A DNA stretch of 63,619 nt, filler included, from Cercozoa sp. M6MM (GCA_040357565.1; 13 parts of 13 records of this genome joined end to end with filler, not necessarily neighbours in it); one strand, 5' to 3'. Shown: positions 1 through 16,361, counted from the whole stretch's first letter. The notes: a model not told the origin generated them from the sequence alone. Numbers and translations: made by a program.

Positions 1-47
1 TTTTTTTTGCAAGCGTATCGTGCCAGTGCCACGATATCAGTACTGTC

Positions 48-3510
<3,463 letters not shown>

Positions 3511-3792
3511 CTCGCCTTGCTCCGTGGGCGGGATGTATTCGAACCAGTGCAGGCGGCCGCACTGAGAAGGTGCATGTGGCAAAGGTAAACACGGTGCTGT
3601 GTCATTCCAAAACCACAGCACGATGTACAAAAGACTAATCATGATGTACAATAATCTCAAATAGTTATTTTTAACAACTCCAACTGTAACTAATTTCCTA
3701 AAAACTGTCAGTGGTAAAACGATTAAAAATAAGTAATAGGTTACTCAAACAGAATGTGAATAAACAGCATATCGGTCTAGCGCGGCGTCCGG

Positions 3793-4276
3793 TCAGACGG
3801 CAGTGACAACAGGCACGGAAGGCGTTTCAGCCTGGAGGGTTGACAGCGGGACAGTGGTGCAGGCACCCACACTAGGAGAAGCAGCAGTGGCAGTGGCATC
3901 AACGGCAGGATCGTCGCGCATCTGCGCCTCGGCGTTGAGACGCGCGACCTCGTCGAGGCGCTGCATGTCGTTCCACTCCGAGAGGTCCATGTGCGAGGCG
4001 CGCGGAATGCCGAGCTCGCGCCAGACTTCGTCCATTGCATCGGCCAGTTCGACGAGCTGCCGGCGCGTGTGTACCGGCGACGGTGTGAAGCGTAGTCGCT
4101 CCTGGCCAGCCGGCACCGTCGGCGAGTTGATCGGCTGCACGTAGACGCCGTGCCGCTGCAGCAGCAAGTCGCTCGCCTGCTTACACTTGACGGCGTCACA
4201 CACCATCACGGGCACAATGTGCGACGCCGTGTGCACCACCGGCAAGTCGCGCTCCTTCAGCAGCTCCTTGAGCTCA
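3793..4276 (-). CDS. ALAS: 5-aminolevulinate synthase, last exon (5' partial)
   Basis: SHIVPVMVCDAVKCKQASDLLLQRHGVYVQPINSPTVPAGQERLRFTPSPVH matches the ALAS C-terminal signature (SHI.P...YVQ.IN.PTVP.G.E.LR..P.P.H). Confidence 0.9.
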
Positions 4277-4318
4277 CTGTGTCCACACATAGTACCCATT
4301 TATATGCATTTATATGCA

Positions 4319-4367
<49 letters not shown>

Positions 4368-4467
4368 NNNNNNNNNNNNNNNNNNNNNNNNNNNNNNNNN
4401 NNNNNNNNNNNTTAATTAATTAANNNNNNNNNNNNNNNNNNNNNNNNNNNNNNNNNNNNNNNNNNNN
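4368..4467. other. Artificial contig-joining spacer N44-TTAATTAATTAA-N44
   Basis: An identical six-frame-stop linker recurs at 8077-8176, 10547-10646, 14284-14383, 32128-32227, 37620-37719, 41662-41761, 45489-45588, 53747-53846, 57796-57895, 61232-61331 and 62444-62543. Confidence 0.97.
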
Positions 4468-4531
4468 CCTGTCTTTTGTCTACTGCCTGTCTGTTGTCTA
4501 CTGCCTCATGAACAAGCTTGTGTTGCTGCAG

Positions 4532-5799
4532 CGACATCTGCATCGTGGCCGAGCGCGGCCGCGACTACCAACAGTTGTGGCAGATCATGGTTTTGCCCCC
4601 CCTTTTTACCCCCCTTCCCTTGCCCTCGCCCTGTTCCCCCTTGCTCCCTCTACCCCCCTGTTTACCCCCCCCCCCCGTGCAGGTGTCGTTGACGCCGCGT
4701 ATGTCGCAGACGGAGTCGGTGTGCAGCAGTGCCGTCAAAACGGCGTGCGACTTGCAAGCGCCGCTGATCTTGGTGAAGCTTTACCCCTGCCTTACCCCCC
4801 TTCTTACCCCCCCTTACCCCCCTTCTTACCCCCCCCTTACCCCTTACCCCCTTACCCCCCCCCCCCATCTGTGTAGATCCTCACCGAGTCCGGCTTCTCT
4901 GCTCGGTAGGAAAATGATGTCTTAGGGGGGTAAAGGGAGGGGGCGGGGTAACTACGTAAATGTCGATGAGCAGTTCGTTGTCGAAGTTCAAACCGTCGCA
5001 ACTCATTGTGGCTGCCACGCCGCATCCGAAGGTTTTACCCCCCTGCTCTGTTTACCCCCCTTTACCCCCCCCCCCACACTCAGGTGGCAGCGCAGTTGCT
5101 GACGTCGCAGTCGGTGGTGCCGCTCGTGCTGCCGCGTGATCGTACTGTTTTTAGTCTCTGTATACACGTGTGTGTATTGTGTGTATATATGTATGGTATG
5201 TAAGTATGGTATGTCGTATGTATGTAATGTACGTGTATGTTTGGATGGTGTATGTATGTCTAGGAACGTATTCTTGCGTGTATATGTATGTAGGTAGGTA
5301 TGCATTGTGTGTGTGTGTATGTATGTATGTATGTATGTATGATGTATGTATGTATGTATATATATATGTCTATGTATGTATATACTTACATCTGTGTATG
5401 TATGTACGTATGTGTTGTTTGTATGTCTGTATATCTCTGTATATCTATGTAGCAGTATTTATGTATCAGTATATCTATATATATATATATATATATCCAT
5501 GTATCAGTATATCTATGTATCAGTATATCTCTGTATACCGATGTATCTACCTATGTATCTGTGTATGTACAAATGTGCGGACAGGCATGTCGAATGCGGA
5601 CGAAGTGAAGCACGCGCTGCAGTGGGCGCGCCAGCACGGCCTGTGCCACAAGGTACCTCTTTACCCCCCTCCCTTCCTACCCCCTTTACCCCCCTGGTGC
5701 CAGGGCGACGACGTCGTTGTGGTCACGGGTCGCGCGCATCAAGTCGGCAGCAGCAACACCATGACGGTGCACACGGTCGGTTTTGACACGGTGCTGTGA
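4532..5799 (+). CDS. PK: Pyruvate kinase, C-terminal domain (5' partial)
   Basis: Spliced exons read ICIVAE...ESVCSSAVKTACDLQAPLIL|ILTESGFSAR|SLSKFKP...|VAAQLLTSQSVVP...|ALQWARQHGLCHK|GDDVVVVTG...GSSNTMTVHTV, the PK_C pattern. Confidence 0.88.
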
Positions 5800-6131
5800 G
5801 TCGCACACCGGGACAATCGGACGGCATGGAGCATGCCATTTGTGTAGCATCGTTTATGCAATAATGAGCCAGTTTAGTTAATTCCTTCAGTTGTACACTC
5901 TAATACAGGCAGCGCAACTCAAAAGATTGGCATGCTGTTCCGTTCCCGAGTCCACACGACAGCGACAAAAACTCAACTGTTAGAAACCAATTCCTTTTTT
6001 GTTGTCTTTTGGCATGACTTCCACGCGAACAAGGACTAGATAACGTTGATTGTCGGCTCGGTTTTCATCTCGTCTTTACCGCTTTTCATCTCGGTTCGTC
6101 CTTACGATACAGTGCATTTAGTTCAACGATA

Positions 6132-6307
6132 CAGTGCTTTGCCGCCCAACTGAACCGTTGGGGTAACTCACTCTTTCAAACTGACACTTGGCCACTCTTC
6201 CTCCAAGAACAGACTTTCTTACGTTCCTTAGTTTGTTTTTCGTACCACTGGCAAAGTACCCTCAATTTACCAAGGCCTGATCCCTATCTGAGAGGGCTGC
6301 GGTAACA
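6132..6307. mobile_element. Interspersed repeat copy A (LTR-end-like)
   Basis: About 176 nt nearly identical to 46404-46585 on a different contig. Both copies end sharply in GCGGT(A/G)ACA. Confidence 0.75.
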
Positions 6308-6665
6308 CAAAAATCTGCAAGTATACTATATACGCGTTTCGCTTAGTGCATTTAGAGCAACTATAAGCTTGAGTAATTAGCGTAATTTCTCGAGTAGGTT
6401 TCAAAGCAACTAAATTTACTCAGGCCCCAAATCGTCATCCTCCGTGGATTTGTGTGGTTCTGTCAGTGGGTGGGTGCCAAGCGTGCGCAGAAACAGAAAG
6501 CTGAGTGAAGCGTAACTTACCGTCCATCTGCACAGCAGCTGCGCCTCGCTGGATCGACACCAAGGCTGCCGACGCGACACAAAACAAAGCAGGTTTCTCT
6601 GCAGTCATCCGAAAACGCGAAACACAAACCAAACACAAACTCACCAAAGATGCGTTGCTCGTGTG

Positions 6666-7184
6666 CTACCAAAAAGCCGATTGATGGAAAAACGCTGTCG
6701 CACTCAAGTTAAACCAGAACACTGTACCAGCGAACTCGCGTTTCATCTCGTTTTTAAAACTCGTCATCTCCGCTTTCATCTCGTCTTTAAAGCTTTTCAT
6801 CTCGGCTTTCAACTCTTGCCGAACTTCTACGCACGACAAGGTCTAACACTACGGTGCACATACACTTCAAACAGCCTGAACATACGCTGCGTTTGTTGGT
6901 GTGTCACGAGATAGACAGAGGAAGCCAGTGCAGTAAGCGCCACTGCTATCGGCACTCTGTAGTGAGACGCATATGCATTGATGGCGTCCACCAATGCGGG
7001 GCCCAAATTTGCGCTTGATTTGGCCCCTGAACTGCCAGGACTCGGCAGTTCGTCCACTGCAGCACAACCTCTCGTATTTTCCAGTATTTCAATAACAACA
7101 GAAACTGGTCACACCCAGCTGCGAGTTGAGGCGTCTGGCAGCGCGGTAGAGGCGTTGGCTAACGCGAAGTGCGCGCATGTTCAT
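6666..7184 (-). CDS. Small protein with a presequence-like N-terminus, one TM segment and 11-residue coiled-coil repeats
   Basis: MNMRALRVSQRLYRAARRLNSQL|...VPIAVALTALASSVYLVT...|VRQELKAEMKSFKDEMKAEMTSFKNEMKREF. The 3' end is uncertain. Confidence 0.5.
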
Positions 7185-7345
7185 TTCACCTGAAAGCAAA
7201 AAAACAATTGAGTTCGATTTTGTTCATCGTACCCCACGGCACGAACAGGACAGTAAAACAGCACCAGATCAACGAACCTGTGGCGTTTGGTCGTCTTAAA
7301 CGCGCTTTTCCGCTTTGACGTTTTTTTTAAAAATTTTTGATAAGA

Positions 7346-7431
7346 TCAGAGTTCTTTCGAGTCGGTGCTGCCGGCCTTTTTGCTTTTGGCTCTGTAAATA
7401 CAACAGTAAGGTAGATGAAGAAAGAGAGACG

Positions 7432-7480
<49 letters not shown>

Positions 7481-7490
7481 NNNNNNNNNN

Positions 7491-7569
<79 letters not shown>

Positions 7570-8076
7570 ACTTGCTCCGCCGAAGTTTTAATGAGAGCAA
7601 TGGCCCGTGCAAGGCACTCTATTCGTTTTTGAGCTGACCACTAAATTATGAACGGCGGAAGCCCCGAAACGCAAATCCTGTCCGAGCATGGACTCGAGCA
7701 CGTCGAGTTGCTGCCGCAGGTGTCCGAGCTGCGTGTCGGCTCGTCTGCGCAAATGCGAGAACGTCGCCGCTGTTGTCGACTCGCGTTGCTGCTGCTGTTG
7801 CTGCTGCTTTTGTTGTTGCTGTTTCTGTTGTTGCTCCTCAGACGTGGTGTCGCTTTTGATCAAGTCGCGACTCTGACTGCGAGGGCTCGAACTGAGTGTA
7901 CGCAACGGAGGTTGGTGGCGGTGTTGCATTGCCACCTTGCTGTTGCAGTGTTTAGGCCATAGAGTGAATGGAAAGAAACACAGAGTGACAGTGTACAGTG
8001 CTTGACGCATTTGATGCGCCTCGGCAAGTGCTTTGCGCAGTCGCTTTTCGCATTTGCGTTTTTCGCTTCGCGTCGA
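7346..8076 (-). CDS. Hypothetical coiled-coil, polyQ protein (5' partial)
   Basis: Exons RKALAEAHQMRQAL|...QQQKQQQQ...LRQQLDVLESML...|...KAGSTDSKEL*. The last intron holds a (CT)n run at 7435-7567. Confidence 0.5.
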
Positions 8077-8176
8077 NNNNNNNNNNNNNNNNNNNNNNNN
8101 NNNNNNNNNNNNNNNNNNNNTTAATTAATTAANNNNNNNNNNNNNNNNNNNNNNNNNNNNNNNNNNNNNNNNNNNN

Positions 8177-8270
<94 letters not shown>

Positions 8271-8302
8271 GTGAATTGATATTACTGCACTGTAAAATTA
8301 AA

Positions 8303-9850
8303 GGCGATGACACTCGCGACAGAGAATCTGAAGATGGCATGGACGTGGAGGTGCGGCTGGTCCAGGGTGCCAACTCTGACGAGTCTAATTCGAACAAACA
8401 ACGCAACTTTCAGGAGTTGAAGGACCTCGTGCTTTCGCCTAAGCCTGGTGCTGAGTCAATGGAGTGGTGAACTTTACATTGAATTAAAGTAAACTTAAGT
8501 TTATATACTAAATTTATCGGATGAAGTTGAATTGTTTGGTAAATTATCTTGTGGATCTAAATAGGCAAAACGTCCTCCTGGTTGAGCGTCGAGTGCTGCG
8601 TGTTCTTCTCACTTCAACTAAAGCTCTCCCCAGACCCTCTTTAAAGTGTAATTTACATTTTGCTGCCATTTGGTAAACACTTCTGTGTGTCTGTGTGTGC
8701 GTAGTTTACTTTCATTATGGAGTGTAGATGCTTCTAAGTGGGAAGAAGTCACTGTCGAAGTGCATTCCAACGAGGGTGCTTTCTGTGCTTATCGATTCTA
8801 TAGTGTGCAGTACCGTGATTTCAGAGCAAAAGTCCAATTTACATTGTCCATCATGATGCCAGAAACTCAAACGCGCTTGTTTGAGGTGCGAGCGACCAAT
8901 GGCCCGAACCAGTTTGACAGTTACAGAATCGAAAGCTATGACAAGCTCTGCGAGTGAGTTTCCTGTATGCGTGTCTGCATTGATTTTCGGCTCAATGTGT
9001 TGCAGGACTCCAGACTTTGCTCTTGCCGTGCTTTTTGATGTCGAAAACCCCACGATCAACCTCTCGCAATCGTACATTGGCTCTTTATGTATTATTGTTT
9101 TAATGATTAGTTTCTTATTCATTTACCTCGCAGGGACAGCACTATTGTCCGACTTTGCGATTCGATTCCATCGTTCGACATTCTCGTCGACACGACTGAT
9201 TTCGGTGTGTTCGGAGACGAAAATCTGGAGGTGCGGTCGGAGACCTGGTCGCGTCTGTTTGATCCTTCCGTTTTAAGACGTCTGTCAGTGGCTGAAAAGT
9301 CTGAGCAACCAAAGTTCGGCCCAAAGGACTGGACACGTTTCGTGTCAAGCAATACGTACAACTATCTTTCTATAGTTAAACTTACCCGTTGTTCAATTTC
9401 TGTAGCAAAAAAATCGTGGTGGGCTTGCGAAAAAAGGGACAGCTTGGCTTTAACGAAGTGAAGATTGGTCAAGTTCGATTTGACCAAAACAACGTCGAAA
9501 ATGATGTTGTGGATTGCAACGTGGACTTTCATGACTTCGGACGTTACGGACTCAAGCGTAAAATATGCTTCTACTTCCTGTGAGATGTGGCAGTAAATTT
9601 ATGTCTGAGCAGTCGACGACAAAGTCAATTTCTCCTGGGCGCGGCGCGTTTTGACGGAACTGTGCAAAAAATCGCTTGTCGAACCCTCGCAGAATCTACG
9701 AATGACCGGCGAAGAGTTCAAAACCTTCATGAAGGAGAATCGCGCGTAGTGGTTGTCACTGGTCGGTAGAAGACTGAGGGAGCTAGCTGACGGTGTTTTT
9801 GTTTATTTACAGCAACTCGACACATGGGTACAGTACGCAACAACCTCGAG
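8303..9850 (+). CDS. Multi-exon hypothetical protein (partial)
   Basis: Coding-like exons separated by short GT-AG introns (WEEVTVEVHSNEGAFCAYRFYSV..., RSETWSRLFDP..., IVVGLRKKGQLGFNEVKIGQVRFD). Boundaries are approximate. Confidence 0.45.
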
Positions 9851-9988
9851 AAAGCCGAAAACGTAATCTGCGTAAATTACCCTCAGCGACAGGTTTTACG
9901 CAGATTACTCCTCGCTTTTAGGGTGATCGCTTGGTTAGTTAGCACTCCCACTAACGTGCCAAGTAGTGTGGCGGTCTTAGATCGCATA

Positions 9989-10249
9989 CCCGGGAAGTTA
10001 CTCAAAAATTACTCAAGAATTACTCAATATCATTGAGTAATTACTCATCATTTTTGAGTAGTTTTTGAGTAATTACTCATCGTTTTTGAGTAATAATTGA
10101 GTAATTACTGATGATTTTGAGTAACTACTCATAATATTTGAGTAATTACTCGTCATTTTTGAGTAATAATTGAGTAATTACTGTTGATTTTGAGTAAAAT
10201 TTGAGTAATTACTCAAGAATTACTCACACTATCGAGTAATTTACTCGCG
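9989..10249. repeat. AT-rich array of GAGTAATTACTC palindromes (MITE-like)
   Basis: About 8 exact or near-exact copies of the palindrome plus TTACTC half-sites, with an internal ~72-nt tandem duplication. Confidence 0.85.
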
Positions 10250-10319
10250 TTTGAGTCGTGCGCTCACGTTGCGTTGCCGACGTGTACCATTTGTACAGTA
10301 CAAAGAGGTCCATATGTAC

Positions 10320-10525
10320 CGGCAGACTCGTCGAAATCGTCAACCGACGGTGGCGGCACCGACAAATCCAACGCCGCTTTCATCAGCTCCGGCGCACTCA
10401 GCGCTGCGCGCGGTGGACTGGGGGGGGGTAAAGGGAGGGACAGGGGGGTAAAGGGGAAGGGTAGGGATAAAGGGGGTACAGTCCGAATCGCAGTTCGAGC
10501 GCCGTGATTCCGAGCGACCTGATCG
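10320..10525 (-). CDS. STE20-like protein kinase fragment (subdomains IX-X)
   Basis: Exons SLGITALELRFGL|PPRAALSAPELMKAALDLSVPPPSV match the (W)SLGIT..EL..G.PP motif. Confidence 0.7.
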
Positions 10526-10646
10526 ATCATGACGTTAAGGGGTAGGNNNNNNNNNNNNNNNNNNNNNNNNNNNNNNNNNNNNNNNNNNNNTTAATTAATT
10601 AANNNNNNNNNNNNNNNNNNNNNNNNNNNNNNNNNNNNNNNNNNNN

Positions 10647-10694
<48 letters not shown>

Positions 10695-11839
10695 CCGTAC
10701 TGTGGGAGGCAATTGATTCTGAAGGTGTTCTCTACGAAATTGCATCAACAGACTGCAATCGAACCTCGCTTTATGATGAATCGCTAGCGAAAATGCAGCA
10801 AAGTGAGCAAACAAACCCAAGCAAACCGCAGGGCGCTTTGGTTAAAAATTCGAGGGTACAGAACATTTCATCGCGTAAATTAATTTACATTTCATCTTCC
10901 ATAGAATGCAAAGACGAGTAAAAGTGCCCCGTTCTACTTGCATTTGAAGTCACGAAAATCTAAAAGCCACGAACGACATCAAACACTCGACCTTATGCGG
11001 TACACTGTCGCCTACCCAGTCAATTGACCGGGAGGAACATAACACCTCACCTTTGTTCAGGTCCCTCCTTCAAGGCAGTGCAGCGACTGACTTGGTGGAA
11101 CTTAAAACATTAGTGCACGAGGAGCTGAAGCGTGAAACACCGGGAACTGGCATAAAATACTTAAAACCACGCCGTCTCGGTTTTGCATCTCAAACTGACT
11201 TCAGTTCAGGTTCAGTAAAATTTGTCCAACCGTAATAAGCACGTAAATTAATTAGTAGCTGGAGAGCCCGGCTACCGGGCACGCGGCAACACTGTGAACC
11301 CAATGGTATCACTTGCATCTTTTGCTCGAGGTCCTTTCTGACTGAGAACCTGAGTCGCTGTGAGCGAGAGGGCGTGGTACTGTTTGCAAGAAAGTCACCG
11401 ATCAGTCAGAGTCAAGTGGTCACGAGAGCTCACTGAAGATACGGTTACTCGTAGACACAAAAACCGCTGTATTCGATCGATCACGCTTGTTGTCGATCGA
11501 TCGGGCAAACCACACCGTCTTGCTCGACGAGTCGTTACAAAGTCGTTGGTGTAAAGGTTGACTCGAGGAGTGGGTGACCTGGAAGACAACTCACTGCTCT
11601 TGAGCGTGAGTCGGTTGATACCAGAAACCGTGAGCGAAGGTGCCCTTTGCTTGTTCACCGTTGATTCTGACTTTTTTGGGGGCTGAGCGGCGACCACCGA
11701 GACAGTCACTTGGGTGGTCACACTGTCACTCACTGGGAGGCCACGTGCGTTGGCACCAAAAGGAATGAGTCGAGCACGTGGTTTGACATATCACATCTTT
11801 CTTTTGTAACGTAGTGCACGTATCAAGTAGCAGCACGCG

Positions 11840-14098
11840 ATGAGCGTCGACGCCTGCCGATCGCGAGGTGGTACTGAGAAATCTCAGTTCTGACTGTCTG
11901 CTGGGTGGTGGTGGTGTTACAGTTCCTGAACTGGGATGAAGAAGCACGTGTTCCTCCTCAGGCCAGCAGACGCAAGGCTTCATGCACGACGACAGTCGCA
12001 TGCGCCAGCACTGCAAGCCCGTGCTGGAGCGCACACCATCCAGTAGGCGTTTCCTCATCCTCGTGAGGTGAAAGGGGTCTTGGTGACACTGTACATGGTC
12101 TGGACAGACGAGATGTTGGTGTGGCGCAAGATTCTTAAGAGTGGTGGCGTCTACGAGGAGCGTGTCGGTCTGTTGCAGCGTGCTTTGATTGGTACTCCCA
12201 TTACCCACCTTCTCTTGTACTGGCTTAATCATAGCTTGACTGACACAGTGCCGCTGTGCAACTTTGCAACGCTCGGGTCGTTCGACTACCAGCTCTACTT
12301 GTTCATGCTGTTCCACCAGAACTCCATCGACATCATCGCACACTACATCTGCCACTTTTTGCAGACGTACCCTTGACCTCCTTTCTTCACTCTGTCCCTT
12401 CGTTACCCCCTCCCCCCGCCGCCCTCCTGTAGCATGGCGGTGACGTCAGTACTCATCAATGGCGTGCTGAACCACGACAGCGGCAGCTGGATGCACGTGC
12501 TCTCAGTGCTCGGTGTGGCACTCTTCACCTTCACCTGGGTCTCCATTGGGCTCTTCTCGGGCTACAAATACCTCGGGTAGTTTCCATTTCCTCCTATATT
12601 CAGTGTACTACCCTAGTATCGTCACCTTATAGAATTGCATCGATTGCCTACTTGGTGCTGCACATGTTCCTCGGTGCTCAGACGCTCGTCTACATGCAGG
12701 AGCAGTTCGGTGCTGATCAGTGGTGGTTTGGCTCGGTGCTCTTGAACTTGATCGGCGCCTTCATCACATGCATGACGCATGGGGTACCCTCTACCCTCCT
12801 CCCTCTCCGTAGCTTGCTTTGTCCTATGTACACTTTCAAAACGAACAGCTGGAGCCTCGAATGCCTCCGCGTTGGGCTGGTAACATATGGCACTCGCTAC
12901 TCACTAAAGGATAAAGAGGGCGGTAATAACTTGATATGTCCCTGAAGGTCTGGAGACTTGGACCAGCTTCCCCGAGGCCAGTGAGGCGCACGGTTGGTGG
13001 TTCTGTCTCAAGGGCGTCTTGATCCAGACACCGTTCGGCGTGATCCAGGAGTTTCTGGCTGCCTTTCGATAGTAATCTTTGGTTTACTCACTTCCTATGT
13101 GGCTTAGTACACACTCTTCCTTGCAGCTGCAACATCGAGATGCTGTTCTTGCTGCTGCGACTCAACGCAGGCTGGTGGGAGACCGACTACACCAAGCCGG
13201 TACTTGCGTATCACCTGTTCTTATCGCTACCTCCGACACCTCGTGTCACAGGTCGGTGACTCTCGACGTGCTCGTATGCTGTACGAGGGCGCTTTATGGA
13301 GCAATGCCGATCAGGCGCGCTTCCTTGAGCTCTGGGACACTGTGGCTGGTATACATGCCTCTCCCTTTTGAGTCGTACCTTTTGACAAAGTGGGTGTGTG
13401 CAGCCATCCTGTGCCAGAACAGCGACGGTGAGTCGCTCAGTTCGCCTGTGTCGGGACACCAGCCTTCGGGCACCGTGATGTCGGTCGACTTCATCGGTGT
13501 CGGAGGTTCGGCACTCCTGCCAGAGTCGGTGGCCTCCAAGCTGAGCCCTTGGTACCTTTCCTTACCCCTCTCCACTCCTCTACTATCTCCTTGACCTTGC
13601 CAACAGGAACAAGGCCATCAGCGAGCTTGGCGCCCGTGCCTTCACATGGGCCATGCTGGACAGTGCCGTCACCGTTGTGCTTGGCCTGTGTGCACTTGTG
13701 TCGCCCAAGGTCATGTGTCAGGGCGAGGAAGCCTCGATTCGTGCCTTTGGAGCCGTCACTGTTGCCGTCTTGGGCATGGTATTTCTTGTTTCCGCCTGTA
13801 CACTCAAGTTAGTGTGAGTTCAGTTCTGTATCATTCTGATTGTTGTTGTTGCTTAGTACCCACTGCGTCAACTGCTCGTGACAGGCGACTTGTTCCACCT
13901 GCTCAGCTTCCGCAACTTCATGTACACCTTCCCTTCACTACCACTGTTTGCGGTAGTATCATGGGTGGCTCAGGCAACTGCGTGCCGTGTGCGAGGTGCT
14001 GCTGCTGTCGGTATGCTTCGGCTCCTTCTGGGCGCACGCATCGCAGTCGTTCGCTCAAGTCATCGCCAGCATGACACCGCTGGCACATGCATCTTTCG
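11840..14098 (+). CDS. Polytopic membrane protein with an Mpo1/DUF962-like N-terminal region (3' partial)
   Basis: FDYQLYLFMLFHQNSIDIIAHYIC and CMTHG|LEPRMPPR resemble the DUF962 His motifs. Many TM segments follow, and the frame is intact when spliced. Confidence 0.55.
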
Positions 14099-14115
14099 GT
14101 AGACGCACTTTCAGG

Positions 14116-14283
<168 letters not shown>

Positions 14284-14410
14284 NNNNNNNNNNNNNNNNN
14301 NNNNNNNNNNNNNNNNNNNNNNNNNNNTTAATTAATTAANNNNNNNNNNNNNNNNNNNNNNNNNNNNNNNNNNNNNNNNNNNNTTACCCCCCTACCCTCA
14401 CCCCCGAGTA

Positions 14411-14750
14411 GCCGAGTACGACGAGTACGACGAAGAGGCGCTGCTGGCGCGGCGTCGCGAAGAGCTCGCGCGTGAGAGTAGGCTTTTTGCCCCCCCCCCA
14501 TACCCTTATTAACCCTATGCCCCTTGTGTAGGAGGCGAGCAGGCCGACGACGAGGACGAAGAGGATGAGGACGCCGGCCAGCCAGCCAGCAAGAAGGCGC
14601 GTCGGTCCGGTGCCTCGGCCGGCGACATGATCGACGACGACGGTACCTCCTCCTGCCCCTCTCTCTGTCTGTCTGTGTGCCACTTAATGCCTTCGTTCCT
14701 TGTCTCTTGTAGAGATCGCGCGACTCGACGCTGAGCTGCCCGATGAGTGA
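14411..14750 (+). CDS. Acidic C-terminal fragment of an unknown protein
   Basis: EYDEYDEEALLARRREELAR|GGEQADDEDEEDEDAGQPASKKARR...|EIARLDAELPDE*. Confidence 0.5.
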
Positions 14751-15115
14751 AACCAACCGAACCAAACGTTGAAAATTAATTAGTTCAGTCTGCTGGGCCA
14801 CCAGCACGTTTATAGTTACACCGGCCTGCTGGAACGGGTTTCGGATTCGCCGAGCGGACGTTTCCGCGCGTAGAGCAGCAATAAGTCAAATCAGACTATA
14901 TGCACATACCCACAGCAGCTTAAAGGACCGGAAAGCTACTTTACAGCAGAAATTAGTTTTATATTATTACCTCAACCGGCGCTCATCGAAAATGGTTTGT
15001 GTTTTCCTTGACGATACGGCGTTTTAGTCGATACAACACTCAGCCTGATTTGACGTTGGTTCAGCTCGATGCAAGGCACGCCAGCCTTTCATAGGCGTGG
15101 GTAGTTGATTTCAAA

Positions 15116-16011
15116 ATGTGTGTGTGTGTAACTTTTCCAATCCGAGCTGCATGCACGTTGAGTAGCGTGGCGGCGCAGACGCGTTCGCAAGTGCAAATCG
15201 CCAGCTCGCTGAAAGAGCTGGAGCGACAGCTTGTTCTGCCACGCGACGAACGGCATGAGAATTTGTACGCTTGTATTAACACACGTGTACATGGGCTGTA
15301 TCGGGATTGGACGGTTGTCTGCGCAGCGACTACACGATCGACGGCATTGATCTATCGCCCAGTGCGCCGCTGGAACCGGATTTGCCGTTCGATACCGACT
15401 TTGATCAAGGAGGTAGGACTCTTCGGTTTTCACGAGTAAAGTGATGTGATAAATGCCTCCAGTAGGGCCAGTCGAGACGAGCGACTTGGACCTCACGATC
15501 AGCAACGACGCTGCCATGTACGAGGACAGCGATGAAGAAAGCGACTCGGAGGACCACAGCGATCACAACATGGACGATCTGCTTGAGGAAGTGCGCGACC
15601 TCGCCAACGAACAGATCAAGGTACACGCAGCCACAGGGGAGTATAGGGTATAGGGTGGATTGCCTTGTGCAGATCAACAAAGAAGACGGCTCGGCGGAAG
15701 AGCTTCTGGCACGACTGCGACAAGAGACGGGTCGTGCGCGTCGGCAGGCCAAGCCGCCGCTGCTTCGGATAGGCCAGATGCTTCGCCTACAGAAGGAAGC
15801 TGCCAGGTGTGTCTGTGTGTTGTATCGGAGGGTCTGTCTATCTGTGTTGATATGTTGGTGTGTCTTTTGTGCAGGTTCGGCGTACTGCTAGCACGCTGCG
15901 CGACAATGGAACTGCACGAACTGCCGGTGGTGCAGGCCATGGACACTGTGCAGTCGTTGACACAAGCGAGTGCTACTGGTACCGTAGCCATCCATGTGTC
16001 TAGTCTAGTCT

Positions 16012-16060
<49 letters not shown>

Positions 16061-16328
16061 ACTCTCTGTGAGCAGGAAAGACCAAGGTGCCAGCATGGCT
16101 GCAGAAGAAACTCGACTTGCACGCGTTGCACAAAGCACTGCACTCGCGCAATGTGCGTCGACGCCGTGATGCCGTACCTTGCTTGTTTCCTTCTTGTGTG
16201 CCTTTGCATGTGCTCTCATGTGTAGCTAGACAAGTGCGAAAAGGGCGTGCTGGCAGACGTTGCTAACAAGGCGATGCGCCAAGTGTTGAAGGTACAGTTT
16301 TTTCTGTCTGCATATGTATATGTGTATA

Positions 16329-16361
<33 letters not shown>

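Noticed and set aside
4412-4423. Recurrent TTAATTAATTAA as a biological motif
   Set aside because: It is always centred in 44+44 Ns, so it is an artificial six-frame stop linker.
9989-10249. CRISPR array
   Set aside because: There are no constant repeats with unique regular spacers and no cas genes, and the context is eukaryotic.
11840-14098. Pseudogene (apparent TGA at 11937 and frameshifts near 12062 and 13970)
   Set aside because: Each apparent lesion falls in a plausible GT-AG intron of typical size.
14785-14900. RNase P RNA-like AGTCTG ... AATCAGACTA pairing
   Set aside because: The span is too short, the GGAA CR-I context is missing and it lies in a 3' flank.
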